This document shows, in pieces, positions 40,438 through 51,117 of a DNA stretch of 64,000 bases; within the stretch, counting starts at the first letter, position 1; every line of letters begins with the position of its first letter. The DNA is taken from contig CAVYRF010000002.1 in assembly GCA_963770895.1 (NCBI GenBank), positions 1,312,001-1,376,000 of the forward strand. Reading direction: 5' to 3'. The position numbers and the translations under genes are program-made. Origin of the DNA: an uncultured Acidobacteriota bacterium (GTDB taxonomy: Bacteria > Acidobacteriota > Thermoanaerobaculia > Multivoradales > UBA5704). Below the pieces are notes generated by a model. That model was not told the origin of the DNA and searched no databases. It saw only the letters and a program-made list of their open reading frames with translations.

Positions 40438-42471
40438 ATGGAAACGCTGGACATGGACGTCGATCAGCAGGTCATCAACACCATCCGCTTTCTGGCGGTG
40501 GACATGGTGGAAAAGGCGAACTCGGGGCACCCAGGCGCGCCGATGGGCCTGGCGCCGCTGGCGTACCTGCTGTGGGCGCGGCACATGCGCTTCGATCCCA
40601 CCGATTGCGACTGGCCGAACCGCGATCGGTTCGTGCTGTCCGCCGGCCATGCGTCGGCGCTGCTATACGCGATGCTGCACCTGACCGGGTATCCCCTGCC
40701 GATGGAGGAGCTGCAGCGCTTCCGCCAGCTCGACTCGCGCACGCCCGGCCACCCGGAATACGGGCACACGCAGGGCGTCGAGACGACCACCGGTCCGCTG
40801 GGCCAGGGGCTCGGCAACGCCGTCGGCATGGCGATCGCGCAGCGCAAGGCGGCCGCCGCCTTCAACCGCGACGGCTATTCGCTGTTCGACTACCGGGTGT
40901 GGGTGATCGCGAGCGACGGCGACATGATGGAGGGGGTGGGCGCCGAGGCGGCGTCGCTGGCCGGCCACCTGCAGCTGGGCAACCTGAAGGTCTTCTACGA
41001 CGACAACCACATCACCCTCGACGGCCCCAGCGCCCTGTCCTTCGGCGACGACGTGCCGAGCCGCTTTGCGGCGTACGGCTGGCGCGTCGAGCGGGTGCAC
41101 GACGTCAACGACCTGGCAGCGCTCGAGGCGGCGATCGCCGCCGCCGAAAGCGAGACCGAGCGGCCGTGCATGGTGGCGGTGCGCTCGATCATCGGCTACG
41201 GCGCCCCCACGAAGCAGAACACCGCCAAGGCGCACGGCTCGCCGCTGGGCAAGGCGGAGGCGGAGGGGGCCAAGAAGTTCTTCGGCTGGCCGCTCGATCC
41301 CACCTTCCTGGTGCCGCAGACGGCGCGCGACGCCTTCGCTCCCGCCCGCGAACGCGGCGCCCAGCTGCGGGCGGCCTGGCAGGACCTGTGGCAGCGCTAC
41401 CAGCAGGCCTTCCCGCAGGAGGGCGCCGACCTGGCCGGTCGCCTGGCCGGCCGCCTTCCCGACGGCTGGCATGAGGCGCTGCCGACGTTCGCGCCGGGCG
41501 ACGGACCGATCGCCACCCGCAACGCTTCGGGCAAGGTGCTCAACGCCCTGGCGCCCAAGCTGCCGCAGCTGATCGGCGGCGCCGCGGACCTGTCGTCCTC
41601 CAACGAGACGATGATCAAGAACGAGGCGAACTTCGAGCCGGACCAGCCCGCCGGCCGCAACTTCTTTTTTGGCGTCCGCGAGCACGCCATGGGGTCGGCG
41701 CTCAACGGCATCGCCGTGTCGCGCCTCTGGATACCCTACGGCGGCACCTTCCTCATCTTCTCCGACTACATGCGGCCGCCGGTCCGCCTTGCCTGCTTGA
41801 TGGGGCTGCAGGTGATCTACGTGTACACCCACGATTCGATCTTCCTCGGCGAGGACGGCCCGACGCACCAGCCGATCAGCCAGCTGGCGTCGTTGCGCTC
41901 GCTGCCGCACATGACGGTGATCCGGCCGGCCGACGCCAACGAAACGGCGGCGGCGTGGCGGGTGGCGATCGAAAACAGCCACGGTCCGACGGCGCTGGTG
42001 CTGACCCGGCAAAACCTGCCCGTCTTCGCCGAAACGGCCACCGCCGCCGTCAGCGGCGTGCCGCGCGGCGCCTACGTGCTGAGCGAGCCGGCTCCCGCCG
42101 CCGGCGCGGCAGCGGGCCAGCCGGACATCCTGCTGCTGGCCACCGGTTCCGAGGTTTCCCTGGCGTACGACGCAGCCCAGCGCCTGGCAGGCCAGGGAGT
42201 GCGGGCGCGGGTGGTGAGCATGCCCAGCTGGGAGCTGTTCGACCGCCAGGACGCCGCCTACCGCGACCAGGTGCTGCCGCCGGCGGTGCGCCGGCGCCTG
42301 GCGATCGAAGCCGCGGCGCCCTTCGGCTGGCACAAGTACCTTGGCCTCGACGGCGAGATGATCGGCATGGAAGGCTTCGGCGCCTCGGCGCCGGCCAAGG
42401 ACCTGTATCCGCGCTTCGGCTTCACCGTCGACAAGATCGTGGAGCGCGCCCTGCACATCATGAAACGCTGA
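40438..42471 (+). CDS. tkt: Transketolase
   Basis: ANSGHPG, RDRFVLSAGH, TPGHPE, TTGPLGQG, SDGDMMEG, THDSIFLGEDGPTHQP. Confidence 0.98.
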   Translation: METLDMDVDQQVINTIRFLAVDMVEKANSGHPGAPMGLAPLAYLLWARHMRFDPTDCDWPNRDRFVLSAGHASALLYAMLHLTGYPLPMEELQRFRQLDSRTPGHPEYGHTQGVETTTGPLGQGLGNAVGMAIAQRKAAAAFNRDGYSLFDYRVWVIASDGDMMEGVGAEAASLAGHLQLGNLKVFYDDNHITLDGPSALSFGDDVPSRFAAYGWRVERVHDVNDLAALEAAIAAAESETERPCMVAVRSIIGYGAPTKQNTAKAHGSPLGKAEAEGAKKFFGWPLDPTFLVPQTARDAFAPARERGAQLRAAWQDLWQRYQQAFPQEGADLAGRLAGRLPDGWHEALPTFAPGDGPIATRNASGKVLNALAPKLPQLIGGAADLSSSNETMIKNEANFEPDQPAGRNFFFGVREHAMGSALNGIAVSRLWIPYGGTFLIFSDYMRPPVRLACLMGLQVIYVYTHDSIFLGEDGPTHQPISQLASLRSLPHMTVIRPADANETAAAWRVAIENSHGPTALVLTRQNLPVFAETATAAVSGVPRGAYVLSEPAPAAGAAAGQPDILLLATGSEVSLAYDAAQRLAGQGVRARVVSMPSWELFDRQDAAYRDQVLPPAVRRRLAIEAAAPFGWHKYLGLDGEMIGMEGFGASAPAKDLYPRFGFTVDKIVERALHIMKR

Positions 42472-42569
42472 ACATGGGGGCCGGGTACTTCCAGTAACCG
42501 CCCCCCCTGCGCTACCATGCGGCGAGGGTTGATTGGGAACGCCTGCTGACACCTGACAGCCAAATAGAA

Positions 42570-43985
42570 ATGACTAATTCTCTGCCTCATGCGGCCGGCC
42601 CGCGCCGCTGCGGGCTGGGCTTGCGCCGCCAGGCTCGGCAAGCCCGGCCAGCTCAGCCAGCTCGGCCGGCCCGGAAACGGCGCCAAGCCCCCTACGCCTC
42701 GATCCCCGCCACCGTCGTTGTCGCCGGCGTGATGGCCATCGCCCTGGCCGGCTGCGGCGGCGGCCAGGCCGACAAGCAGAAGGCCGCGCCGCCGCCGCCG
42801 CCCGAAGTGGTGGTGGTCCAGGCCCTCCAACGCGACGTGCCGATCTACAACGAATGGATCGGCACCACCGAGGGCGACATCAACGCCGACATCCGGCCGC
42901 AGATCAGCGGCTACCTGCTGCGGCGGGTCTACCAGGAGGGCAGCTTCGTCCACCAGGGCGACCTGCTGTTCGAGATCGACCCCCGCCAGCTGCGCGCCGC
43001 GCTCGAACAGGCGCAGGCCAACCTGGGGCAGGGCCAGGCGACGCTCGCCAAGGCGCAGCGCGACGTGGCCCGCTACCGGCCGCTCGCCGCGCAGCGCGCG
43101 GTCAGCCAGCTGGAGCTGGACAATTCGATCGCCGCCGAAGAGGTGGCGGCGGCCAACGTCGAATCGCTCAAGGCGCAGGTCGACCAGGCCAAGCTCAACC
43201 TGTCGTGGACGCGGGTGACGGCGCCGATCAGCGGCATCGCCGGCCTTGCAGTGGCCCAGGTGGGCGACCTGATGAACCCGCAGACGGTGCTCGCCACCGT
43301 GTCGCGGGTGGACCCGCTGCGCGTGCGCTTCAACCTGAGCGAGCAGGAATACCTGCGCTTCCGCCAGAAGGGCGAAGCCGACCCCGCTGCGGCCAAGCGT
43401 TTTGCCAACCTGCAGATGATCCTCGCCGACGGCCAGACCTTCCCGCCGCAGGGCCGGCTGATCTTCACCGACCGGCAGGTGGACGTGAAGACCGGCACCA
43501 TCGGCGCGATCGGCCTCTTCCCCAATCCCGGCAACCTCCTGCGCCCCGGCCAATACGCCAAGGTGCGGGCGGAAGTGGACATGAGGCAGGGGGCGCTGCT
43601 GGTGCCGCAGCGCGCCGTCAACGAACTGCAGGGCGGCTACCAGGTCGCCGTCGTCGGCCCCGGCGACGTGGCGGAGGTGCGCAACGTCCAGGTGGGCCCG
43701 CGGCTGGGCGACCTGTGGGTCATCGACAAGGGGCTCCAGCCGGGTGACCGGGTGGTGGTCGCCGGCTACTCGCGCGTCAAGTCGGGCGCCAAGGTGACGC
43801 CCAAGTCGCCGCAGCAGGCCTCCGCCGTGTCGGGCGAGGGCTCCGGCTCGGGCGCCGGAGGGTCGGGCGGTTCCGGCGCGGGCGGTTCGGGCTCCGGGTC
43901 GGGATCGGGCTCCGACGCAGGCGGTTCGGGTTCGACTGCCGGCGGTTCGGGCTCCGGCTCCGGCAGCGCACCGGCGGGACGGTAA
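42570..43985 (+). CDS. RND efflux periplasmic adaptor (AcrA-like lipoprotein)
   Basis: LAGC lipobox, IRPQISG, GDLLFEIDP, TAPISG, LRPGQY; Gly/Ser tail; true start may be downstream. Confidence 0.93.
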   Translation: MTNSLPHAAGPRRCGLGLRRQARQARPAQPARPARKRRQAPYASIPATVVVAGVMAIALAGCGGGQADKQKAAPPPPPEVVVVQALQRDVPIYNEWIGTTEGDINADIRPQISGYLLRRVYQEGSFVHQGDLLFEIDPRQLRAALEQAQANLGQGQATLAKAQRDVARYRPLAAQRAVSQLELDNSIAAEEVAAANVESLKAQVDQAKLNLSWTRVTAPISGIAGLAVAQVGDLMNPQTVLATVSRVDPLRVRFNLSEQEYLRFRQKGEADPAAAKRFANLQMILADGQTFPPQGRLIFTDRQVDVKTGTIGAIGLFPNPGNLLRPGQYAKVRAEVDMRQGALLVPQRAVNELQGGYQVAVVGPGDVAEVRNVQVGPRLGDLWVIDKGLQPGDRVVVAGYSRVKSGAKVTPKSPQQASAVSGEGSGSGAGGSGGSGAGGSGSGSGSGSDAGGSGSTAGGSGSGSGSAPAGR

Positions 43986-43992
43986 GCCGGCC

Positions 43993-46900
43993 ATGTCGCG
44001 CTTCTTCATCGACCGGCCCATCGTCGCGATCGTCCTCGCGATCCTGACCGTCATTCTCGGCGTCGTGTCGATGCTCGGGCTGCCGATTGCGCAGTTCCCG
44101 CTGATCGTGCCGCCGCAGATCCAGATCCAGACCACCTACACGGGCGCCGACGCGGTGACGGTCGAGCAGACGGTGGCGACGCCGATCGAGCAGCAGATGA
44201 ACGGCGTCGACAACATGCTGTACATGTATTCGGTCAACGCCAGCGACGGCACGCTCACCCTGCGCGTGGTCTTCGACGTCGACACGGACGTCAACATCGA
44301 CCAGGTGAACGCGCTCAACCGCGTCGCCCAGGCGCAGCCGAACCTGCCCACCGACGTGAGCCAGTTCGGTTTGACCTACCGCAAGACCGCCGGCGTGCCG
44401 CTCATCCTGATCGGCCTCTACTCGCCGAAGGGCACGTACGACAGCCTGTTCCTGGGCAACTACGCGCTGATCAACGTCGACGACCCGCTGTATCGCGTCA
44501 ACGGCGTCGGCCAGGTGCTCAACTTCGGCGCCGGCGACTATTCGACGCGCATCTGGATCAAGCCCGACCAGCTGGCCAAGCTGGGCCTCACCGTGTCCGA
44601 CCTGATGCGGGCGATCCAGGCGCAGAACACCAACAACCCTTCAGGCCAGATCGGCGCCGAGCCGGCGCCGCCGGGGCAGGAGTTCACCTATTCGGTGCGC
44701 GCCCAGGGCACGCTGATCACCCCCGAACAGTTCGGCAACGTGGTGGTGCGGCTCAACCCCGACGGATCGATCGTGCGGCTCAAGGACGTGGCGCGCATCG
44801 AGCTGGGAGCGCTCTATTACAAGCAGGTCGCCCGCCTCAACGGCCAGCCGTCCAGCATCATCGGCATCTATCAGCTGCCCGGCTCGAACGCCCTGGCGGT
44901 CGTGCAGGGCGTGCGCAAGGTGATGGAGCAGCTCAAGCAGCGCTTCCCCAACGACCTCGACTATTCGGTTTCGCTCGACACCACGGTGGCGGTCACCGAA
45001 GGCATCAAGGAGATCCTGACCACGCTGCTCGAAGCGATCGGCCTGGTCGTGCTGGTGGTCTTCATCTTCCTGCAGAACTGGCGCGCGACGTTGATCCCGC
45101 TGATCGCCGTGCCGGTGTCGCTGATCGGCACCTTCGCGGTCTTCCCGATGCTCGGCTTCTCGATCAACACCCTGTCGCTGTTCGGCCTGGTGCTGGCCAT
45201 CGGCTTGGTGGTCGACGACGCCATCGTCGTCGTGGAAGCGGTGGAGCACAACATCGAAGAGGGGCTGGCGCCGCGCGACGCGACGATCAAGGCGATGGAT
45301 CAGGTTTCGGGGCCGGTGGTCGCGATCGCGCTCATCCTCGCCTCGGTGTTCCTGCCGGTGGCGTTGATGAGCGGCATCCAGGGGCGCCTCAACAAGCAGT
45401 TCGCCGTCACCATCGCCATCTCGGTGTTGATCTCGGCGTTCAACGCTCTCAGCCTGTCGCCGGCGCTGTCCGCCATGCTGCTCAAGCCGCGCAAGGAATC
45501 GAAAGGGCTGCTGGCCCGCTTCTTCAAGGGCTTCAACCGCTACTTCGAGAAGACCACCAACGGTTACATCAAGGCGTCGGGCTTCCTCATCCGCAAGTTC
45601 GTGGTCGGCCTGTTGATCCTGGTCGCCTTCGGCGTGCTCGCTTTCATTTTCGCCAAAAAGACGCCGTCGAGCTTCCTGCCGGACGAAGACCAGGGCTACT
45701 TCTTCCTGAACATCCAGCTGCCCGACGCTTCGTCGTTGCAACGCACCGACCTGGCCTTGCGCAAGGTGGACACCATCCTCAAGCAGACGCCAGGGGTGAG
45801 CAACGCCACGACCATCGCCGGCTTCAGCCTGCTGTCCTACGTCTCGGCCAGCTATTACGGCTTCTACTTCGTGTCGCTCAAGCCGTGGGATCAGCGCTCC
45901 GGCGGCCAGACGGCACAGGAGCTGATCGCGCGCATCAACCGCGACCTCAAGGCGCAGATCCCCGAAGCCACCTCCGCCTTCGGCTTCCTGCCGCCGGCGA
46001 TCCCCGGCCTGGGCCAGGCCGGCGGCTTCTCGTTATGGTTGCAGGACCAGAGCGGCGGCACGCCCGACTTTCTGTATCAGAACCTGCAGCGCTACCTGAC
46101 CGCGGCGCGCAAGCGGCCCGAGCTGCAGAACGTCAACGCCGTCTTCCGCGCCGGCGTGCCGCAGCTCTTTGTCGACGTCGATCGCGACAAGGTGATCAAG
46201 CAGGGCGTGCCGATCACCGACGTCTACCAGACGCTGCAGGCGTTCCTGGGCGGCATCTACGTCAACCAGTTCAACCGCTTCGGCCGCCAGTGGCGCGTCT
46301 TCCTGGCGGGCGAGGCGGCCTCGCGCGCCGATGCGCGCCAGATCGATCAGTATTACGTGCGCAACAACGACGGCAACATGGTGCCGCTGTCGGCACTGGT
46401 CACCACGCGCAGCATCGCGGGCCCCGAATACACCACCCGCTTCAATCTGTTCCGCTCCGCCCAGATCACCGGCTCGGCATCCGAAGGGCACAGCTCGCAG
46501 CAGGCGATGGCGGCGCTCGAGGAGGTCGCCAAACAGGTGCTGCCGCGCGACATGAGCTACACCTGGTCCGACCTGTCCTACCAGGAGCAGCAGGCCCAGG
46601 GGACGGAGGGCAGGGTCCTGATGCTGTCGCTGGTGTTCGTGTTCCTGATCCTGGCGGCGCTCTACGAAAGCTGGTCGCTGCCGTTCAGCGTCCTGCTGTC
46701 GGTGCCGGTCGCGGTCTTCGGCGCCTTCGCGGGCCTGCTGATGCGGCATTTCGACTTCGACATCTACGGCCAGATCGGGCTGGTCATGCTGATCGGCCTG
46801 GCGGCCAAAAACGCCATCCTGATCGTCGAGTTCGCCAAGGACGGCCTGGACAACGGCAAGCCGCTGGTGGACGCCGCGCTGGAGGGGGCGAAGCTGCGCC

Positions 46901-47313
46901 TGCGCCCCATCCTGATGACCTCGTTCGCCTTCATTTTCGGCTGCCTGCCGCTGTGGGCGGCCACCGGCGCCGGCGCCGCGGCACGGCAGATCCTGGGCAC
47001 CACCGTGATCACCGGCATGATGGCGGCGACCTGCCTCGGCATCTTCCTGATCCCGGTGCTGTTCGTGGTCGTCGAGCGCCTCTCCGGCGCCGAGCGCAAG
47101 CACGGCAAGGGCAAGCCTGGCGAAGGCGGCCAGCCGCCGGACCAGGGGGGAGGCGAGCGGCACGGACGCGATGGGCGGCAGGACCGCGACGAACGGCAGG
47201 ACCAGGACTACCAGGACGGCCAGAGCGGCCGGAGGGAGGGACGCGCCGACCCGCGGGACCACGCCGCCCCCGCTCCGACCGCGCCGACCGCCCCGGCGGG
47301 CGCACACCGATGA
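43993..47313 (+). CDS. RND efflux permease (AcrB/HAE1 family)
   Basis: FFIDRPI, GLVVDDAIVVVE, GLAAKNAILIVEF, RLRPILMTS. Confidence 0.97.
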   Translation: MSRFFIDRPIVAIVLAILTVILGVVSMLGLPIAQFPLIVPPQIQIQTTYTGADAVTVEQTVATPIEQQMNGVDNMLYMYSVNASDGTLTLRVVFDVDTDVNIDQVNALNRVAQAQPNLPTDVSQFGLTYRKTAGVPLILIGLYSPKGTYDSLFLGNYALINVDDPLYRVNGVGQVLNFGAGDYSTRIWIKPDQLAKLGLTVSDLMRAIQAQNTNNPSGQIGAEPAPPGQEFTYSVRAQGTLITPEQFGNVVVRLNPDGSIVRLKDVARIELGALYYKQVARLNGQPSSIIGIYQLPGSNALAVVQGVRKVMEQLKQRFPNDLDYSVSLDTTVAVTEGIKEILTTLLEAIGLVVLVVFIFLQNWRATLIPLIAVPVSLIGTFAVFPMLGFSINTLSLFGLVLAIGLVVDDAIVVVEAVEHNIEEGLAPRDATIKAMDQVSGPVVAIALILASVFLPVALMSGIQGRLNKQFAVTIAISVLISAFNALSLSPALSAMLLKPRKESKGLLARFFKGFNRYFEKTTNGYIKASGFLIRKFVVGLLILVAFGVLAFIFAKKTPSSFLPDEDQGYFFLNIQLPDASSLQRTDLALRKVDTILKQTPGVSNATTIAGFSLLSYVSASYYGFYFVSLKPWDQRSGGQTAQELIARINRDLKAQIPEATSAFGFLPPAIPGLGQAGGFSLWLQDQSGGTPDFLYQNLQRYLTAARKRPELQNVNAVFRAGVPQLFVDVDRDKVIKQGVPITDVYQTLQAFLGGIYVNQFNRFGRQWRVFLAGEAASRADARQIDQYYVRNNDGNMVPLSALVTTRSIAGPEYTTRFNLFRSAQITGSASEGHSSQQAMAALEEVAKQVLPRDMSYTWSDLSYQEQQAQGTEGRVLMLSLVFVFLILAALYESWSLPFSVLLSVPVAVFGAFAGLLMRHFDFDIYGQIGLVMLIGLAAKNAILIVEFAKDGLDNGKPLVDAALEGAKLRLRPILMTSFAFIFGCLPLWAATGAGAAARQILGTTVITGMMAATCLGIFLIPVLFVVVERLSGAERKHGKGKPGEGGQPPDQGGGERHGRDGRQDRDERQDQDYQDGQSGRREGRADPRDHAAPAPTAPTAPAGAHR

Positions 47314-48971
47314 GAGCCCCGCGCGCCCGCTTCCTGTCGCCGCTGCTCGCCGCCGCGGTTCTCGCCGGCTGTACGGTCGGACCGACCTACCAGCGTCCGG
47401 AGATCACCTCGCCTGACCGGTTCTACGGCCAGGCCGCCGCCGCCCAGGCCGCCTCGCTGGCCGACCTGCCCTGGTGGCAGGTCTTCCAGGATTCGGCGCT
47501 CCAGTCGCTGATCCAGGAAGCGCTGCGCGACGGCTACGACGTCAAGATCGCCGCCGCCCGCGTGGCGGAGGCCCGCGCCCGCTGGGGCATCGCGGGAGCC
47601 GCGTTCTACCCGCAGGTCTCCTACCAGGGGGAGTTCGCCCGCGAGCGGTTCTCCGGCTACCAGCCGGGCGTGCCGTCCAACGGCGCCGTCAGCGACCTGG
47701 TGAGCGCCACCGTGCCCAACGTCTCGTGGGAGATCGACATCTGGGGCCGCGTGCGACGCCTCAATGAATCGGCCAAGGCGCAATACTTTGCCACCGAAGA
47801 GGCGCGGCGCGGCGTCGTGCTCACCCTGGTCTCCGAGGTCGCGGCAGCCTATTTCGACCTGCGCCAGCTCGACGAAAACCTCGAGATCGCGCGCCGCACC
47901 ACGGCCGAGTTCCAGGATACCTACAACCTGTTCAACGCTCAGCTCCAGGGCGGCATCGCCTCGGCGCTCGACACCGCCGACGCCGAAGCGGCATGGGCCA
48001 ACGAGGCGGCCCAGGTGCCGCTGATCGAAAGCCAGATCGCCGCCAAGGAGAACCAGCTGGCGGCGCTCCTGGGGCGCAATCCCGGCCCCATGCCGCGCGG
48101 CACGCCGCTGTTCCAGCAGCCCTTCCCGCCCGAGATCCCGCCGGGTCTCCCCGCGGCCCTGCTGCTGCGGCGGCCCGACCTGCGCCAGTCCGAGCAGCAG
48201 CTGATCTCCGCCAACGCCAACATCGGCGTCGCCGAAGCCGCCTTCTACCCCACCATCAGCCTCACCGGCATGTTCGGGGGCCTCAGCCCCGACCTGACCC
48301 ACCTGTTCACCAAGGGCGAAACCTGGTCCGTCGGCGCCGGCCTCACCGGTCCCATCTTCGAGGGCGGCAGCCTGCGAGCCCAGTACAACGTCGCCAAGGC
48401 GCAGTTCGACCAGGCGCGCCTGCGCTACGAGCAGCAGGTCAACAACGCCCTGGGCGAAGTCTCCACCTCGATCGTCGCCCTGGGCAAGCTCGCGGACGCC
48501 ACCGTCCAGCGCCAGCGCGGCGTCCACGCCTACCAGGAAGCCGTCCGTCTGGCCACCCTGCGCTACACCTCGGGCCTGTCCGCCTACTTCGAAGTCATCG
48601 ACGCGCAGGAAAATCTGCTCACGTCGGAGAACAGCCTGGCGCAGACCCAGCACGACCGCCTCATCTCCCTGGTCAACCTCTACAAAGCCCTGGGCGGCGG
48701 CTGGCAAGTCGAAGAAAAATCAGTCCCACCCCCTGCCACCGGCGCCGCCGCTCCGCCCCCCGCCGCGGCCGGACCCGGATCGGGAGCCGAAACCGGAACC
48801 GCAGGAACCGCGGGTCCAGGAGGAGTCCCAGAGCCCTCCGCGCCAGCCACCCCGCCGGGCGCGACACCAGCCACTCAGGCGCCGCCCCCGGTGCCTGCCG
48901 AGCCCTCGACCACTCCGCCGCCACCATCGTCCGCCTCCCCAGCAGCCGCCCACCTGGGCGACCAGCTCTAG
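47310..48971 (+). CDS. Outer membrane factor lipoprotein (OprM/NodT family)
   Basis: LAGC lipobox, WWQVF, SWEIDIWG, RRPDL, LYKALGGGW; ATGA overlap with the permease. Confidence 0.95.
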   Translation: MRAPRARFLSPLLAAAVLAGCTVGPTYQRPEITSPDRFYGQAAAAQAASLADLPWWQVFQDSALQSLIQEALRDGYDVKIAAARVAEARARWGIAGAAFYPQVSYQGEFARERFSGYQPGVPSNGAVSDLVSATVPNVSWEIDIWGRVRRLNESAKAQYFATEEARRGVVLTLVSEVAAAYFDLRQLDENLEIARRTTAEFQDTYNLFNAQLQGGIASALDTADAEAAWANEAAQVPLIESQIAAKENQLAALLGRNPGPMPRGTPLFQQPFPPEIPPGLPAALLLRRPDLRQSEQQLISANANIGVAEAAFYPTISLTGMFGGLSPDLTHLFTKGETWSVGAGLTGPIFEGGSLRAQYNVAKAQFDQARLRYEQQVNNALGEVSTSIVALGKLADATVQRQRGVHAYQEAVRLATLRYTSGLSAYFEVIDAQENLLTSENSLAQTQHDRLISLVNLYKALGGGWQVEEKSVPPPATGAAAPPPAAAGPGSGAETGTAGTAGPGGVPEPSAPATPPGATPATQAPPPVPAEPSTTPPPPSSASPAAAHLGDQL

Positions 48972-49125
48972 AAACAGTAGTCCGACGCCGGCGCGGCGCC
49001 AGCGCCGCGCCGGCCCTGGCTGCACCAGCCGGAGGGTACACTGTCACCGGGGCCTGCCGGGGCAGAGGGCGGACGCCGATCTGGGCGCCGCCGAACCAGG
49101 CGGGTGCGCGCGAGGGGTCGAGACC

Positions 49126-50019
49126 GTGCCTGCGACTGCCATATCATCATCTGAGACTGCCGCCCGCGATCTGCGGGTGGTCAGCCATAGCTCCGGGCAC
49201 GGCCGGTGGCAGTTTGTATACGGGGAGGCGGCGCCGCGGCTGCGCCCGCTGCTGGCCGGGCCGTACCTGGGGTATTCCGAAAGCGCCACCAGCTTCCTGC
49301 GGCGCATCGAGGTGGCCAACGCCAACGCGGTGCTGATCGTCGCCTTTTCACCGCTCTACCTGATCGACCCGCTGCAGCCAGCCGCTGCCGTCGAGTGCCG
49401 CGCCTTCGTCGGCGGCATCAGCGACTCGCACGTCATCACTGAAACCGAACGGGAGTCGCTGGGCTTGCAGGTGGACCTGACGCCGCTCGGCGCCTACCAG
49501 CTGTTCGGACTGCCGATGAGCGACACCACCAATCGCGTCGTGACGCTCGACGACATCTTCGGCCACGACGGCCGCCGCCTGAGCGAACGCCTGCAAGCCG
49601 CGCCCACCTGGGAAGCCCGCTTCGCCATCCTGGACGCCTTCCTATGCGCCCGCCTGGACCGCGCGCGAGCCCCGTCCGCCGCCGTAGGCTGGGTCTGGGA
49701 TCGCCTGCAGGAAACCGCCGGCAACGCCAGCATCGCCGATCTGGCCGCCGCCGTCGGCTGGAGCCGCAAGCACCTCATCGAGCGCTTCCGCGACCAGGTC
49801 GGCATGCCGCCCAAGCTCTACGCCCGCCTGCTGCGCTTCCAGCGCGTCATCCAACTGCTCAAACGCGGCACCCCCGTCCGCTGGGCCGACCTGGCCCTGG
49901 ACTGCGGCTACTACGACCAGGCCCACTTCATCCGCGACTTCCGCCAGTTCGCCGGCAAAACCCCCACCGACTTCCAGCCCCGCATCCTCCCCGACAGCGG
50001 CGGCATCATCGGCGACTAG
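49126..50019 (+). CDS. AraC-family transcriptional regulator
   Basis: C-terminal HTH ...LALDCGYYDQAHFIRDFRQFAG. Confidence 0.93.
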   Translation: MPATAISSSETAARDLRVVSHSSGHGRWQFVYGEAAPRLRPLLAGPYLGYSESATSFLRRIEVANANAVLIVAFSPLYLIDPLQPAAAVECRAFVGGISDSHVITETERESLGLQVDLTPLGAYQLFGLPMSDTTNRVVTLDDIFGHDGRRLSERLQAAPTWEARFAILDAFLCARLDRARAPSAAVGWVWDRLQETAGNASIADLAAAVGWSRKHLIERFRDQVGMPPKLYARLLRFQRVIQLLKRGTPVRWADLALDCGYYDQAHFIRDFRQFAGKTPTDFQPRILPDSGGIIGD

Positions 50020-50029
50020 CTGGCGCGCG

Positions 50030-50458
50030 TCAGGCGCGGCCGGTGTAGTTGGGGCCGAAGAAGATGAGGAGGGAGAGGCCTTCGGAGTGGTCGAAGTCGT
50101 GGAAGGTGTGGGGGGTGTCGCGGGGGACGAAGATGAGGTCGCCGGTGACCAGGGGGTGGCGCTTGCCGGCGACGGTGAGGGCGCCGCTGCCGGCAAGGAC
50201 GTAGTAGAGCTCGTCCTGCTTGTGGGGCTGCTGGTTGTCGTGATCGCCGGGCTTGAGGTGCCAGAGGTGGGCGCTCAGGGTGTCGAGGGCCGGGGGCAGC
50301 GGGTCGGAGCCATTGCCTTCCATGTAGGTGCCGATGAGGGTCTTGAAGCTGGCGCCCGAGCGCAGGATGGCGGGGAGGTTCCAGGTCTGGCCGGGGGCTG
50401 GCGCCGGATGGGCGGCGGTGCCGGGTTGGGGGTGGGGCGAATCGGTTGGCGCGGTCAC
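50030..50458 (-). CDS. Cupin-domain protein
   Basis: QQPHKQDELYYVLAG...GDLIFVP..TPHTFH. Confidence 0.85.
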   Translation of the reverse strand: MTAPTDSPHPQPGTAAHPAPAPGQTWNLPAILRSGASFKTLIGTYMEGNGSDPLPPALDTLSAHLWHLKPGDHDNQQPHKQDELYYVLAGSGALTVAGKRHPLVTGDLIFVPRDTPHTFHDFDHSEGLSLLIFFGPNYTGRA

Positions 50459-50537
50459 GACGATACTGTACAGCAGGGTGGTGGGGGTGGGCGGCGCGGC
50501 GGCTGGCGGCTACCGGAGGACGGCTGGCGGCCGGGCT

Positions 50538-50564
50538 GTTAACCTTGGGACGGGGTTCTCCGTT
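50538..50564 (+). promoter_or_regulatory. Putative ECF sigma promoter
   Basis: GTTAAC-N17-CGTT (AAC...CGT consensus) upstream of an operon containing an ECF sigma gene. Confidence 0.55.
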
Positions 50565-50622
50565 GGTTGGCTAGAGGGTGGCATAACGCGCCCACAACCT
50601 GACGACTGCCAAGGAGACTGCC

Positions 50623-51093
50623 ATGGCCTACATGGTTCCAATCATTCTCGTGCCGGGGTTCTTCATCGCCGTGGTGTTGGCGATCCGTTTGGTGGTGACC
50701 AATCGGCGCCGGATCCAGATCGCGACCCTGCATGCCGAGCTGCACCGGCACCTGTTGGAAAAGTTTGGCTCGGCGAGCGAAGCGCTCCAGTATCTGCAGA
50801 GCGATGCCGGCAAGAGCGTGCTGGACGCGGCATCGGTGGAGCAGGCCAATCCGTTCGGCCGCGTGCTGGGCTCGGTCCAGGCCGGGTTGATCACGCTGGG
50901 TGCGGGCATCGCCATGCTGATCAGCCAGCGGGTGATCCGAGACGGCGACGCCGCCGATGGTTTCTACGTCATGGGCATGCTGGGCTTGATGATCGGGATC
51001 GGTTTCCTGGTGTCGGCGGCGGTCGCCTACGTACTGATCCGCCGCTGGGGACTGGTGTCGCGTCCCAGCCAGGCACACAGTGACGCGGCCTGA
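50623..51093 (+). CDS. Membrane protein (3 TM) heading the ECF operon
   Basis: AAGGAG RBS; three hydrophobic segments. Confidence 0.8.
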   Translation: MAYMVPIILVPGFFIAVVLAIRLVVTNRRRIQIATLHAELHRHLLEKFGSASEALQYLQSDAGKSVLDAASVEQANPFGRVLGSVQAGLITLGAGIAMLISQRVIRDGDAADGFYVMGMLGLMIGIGFLVSAAVAYVLIRRWGLVSRPSQAHSDAA

Positions 51094-51117
51094 CGACCTG
51101 CATAGATCCAGACCCTG

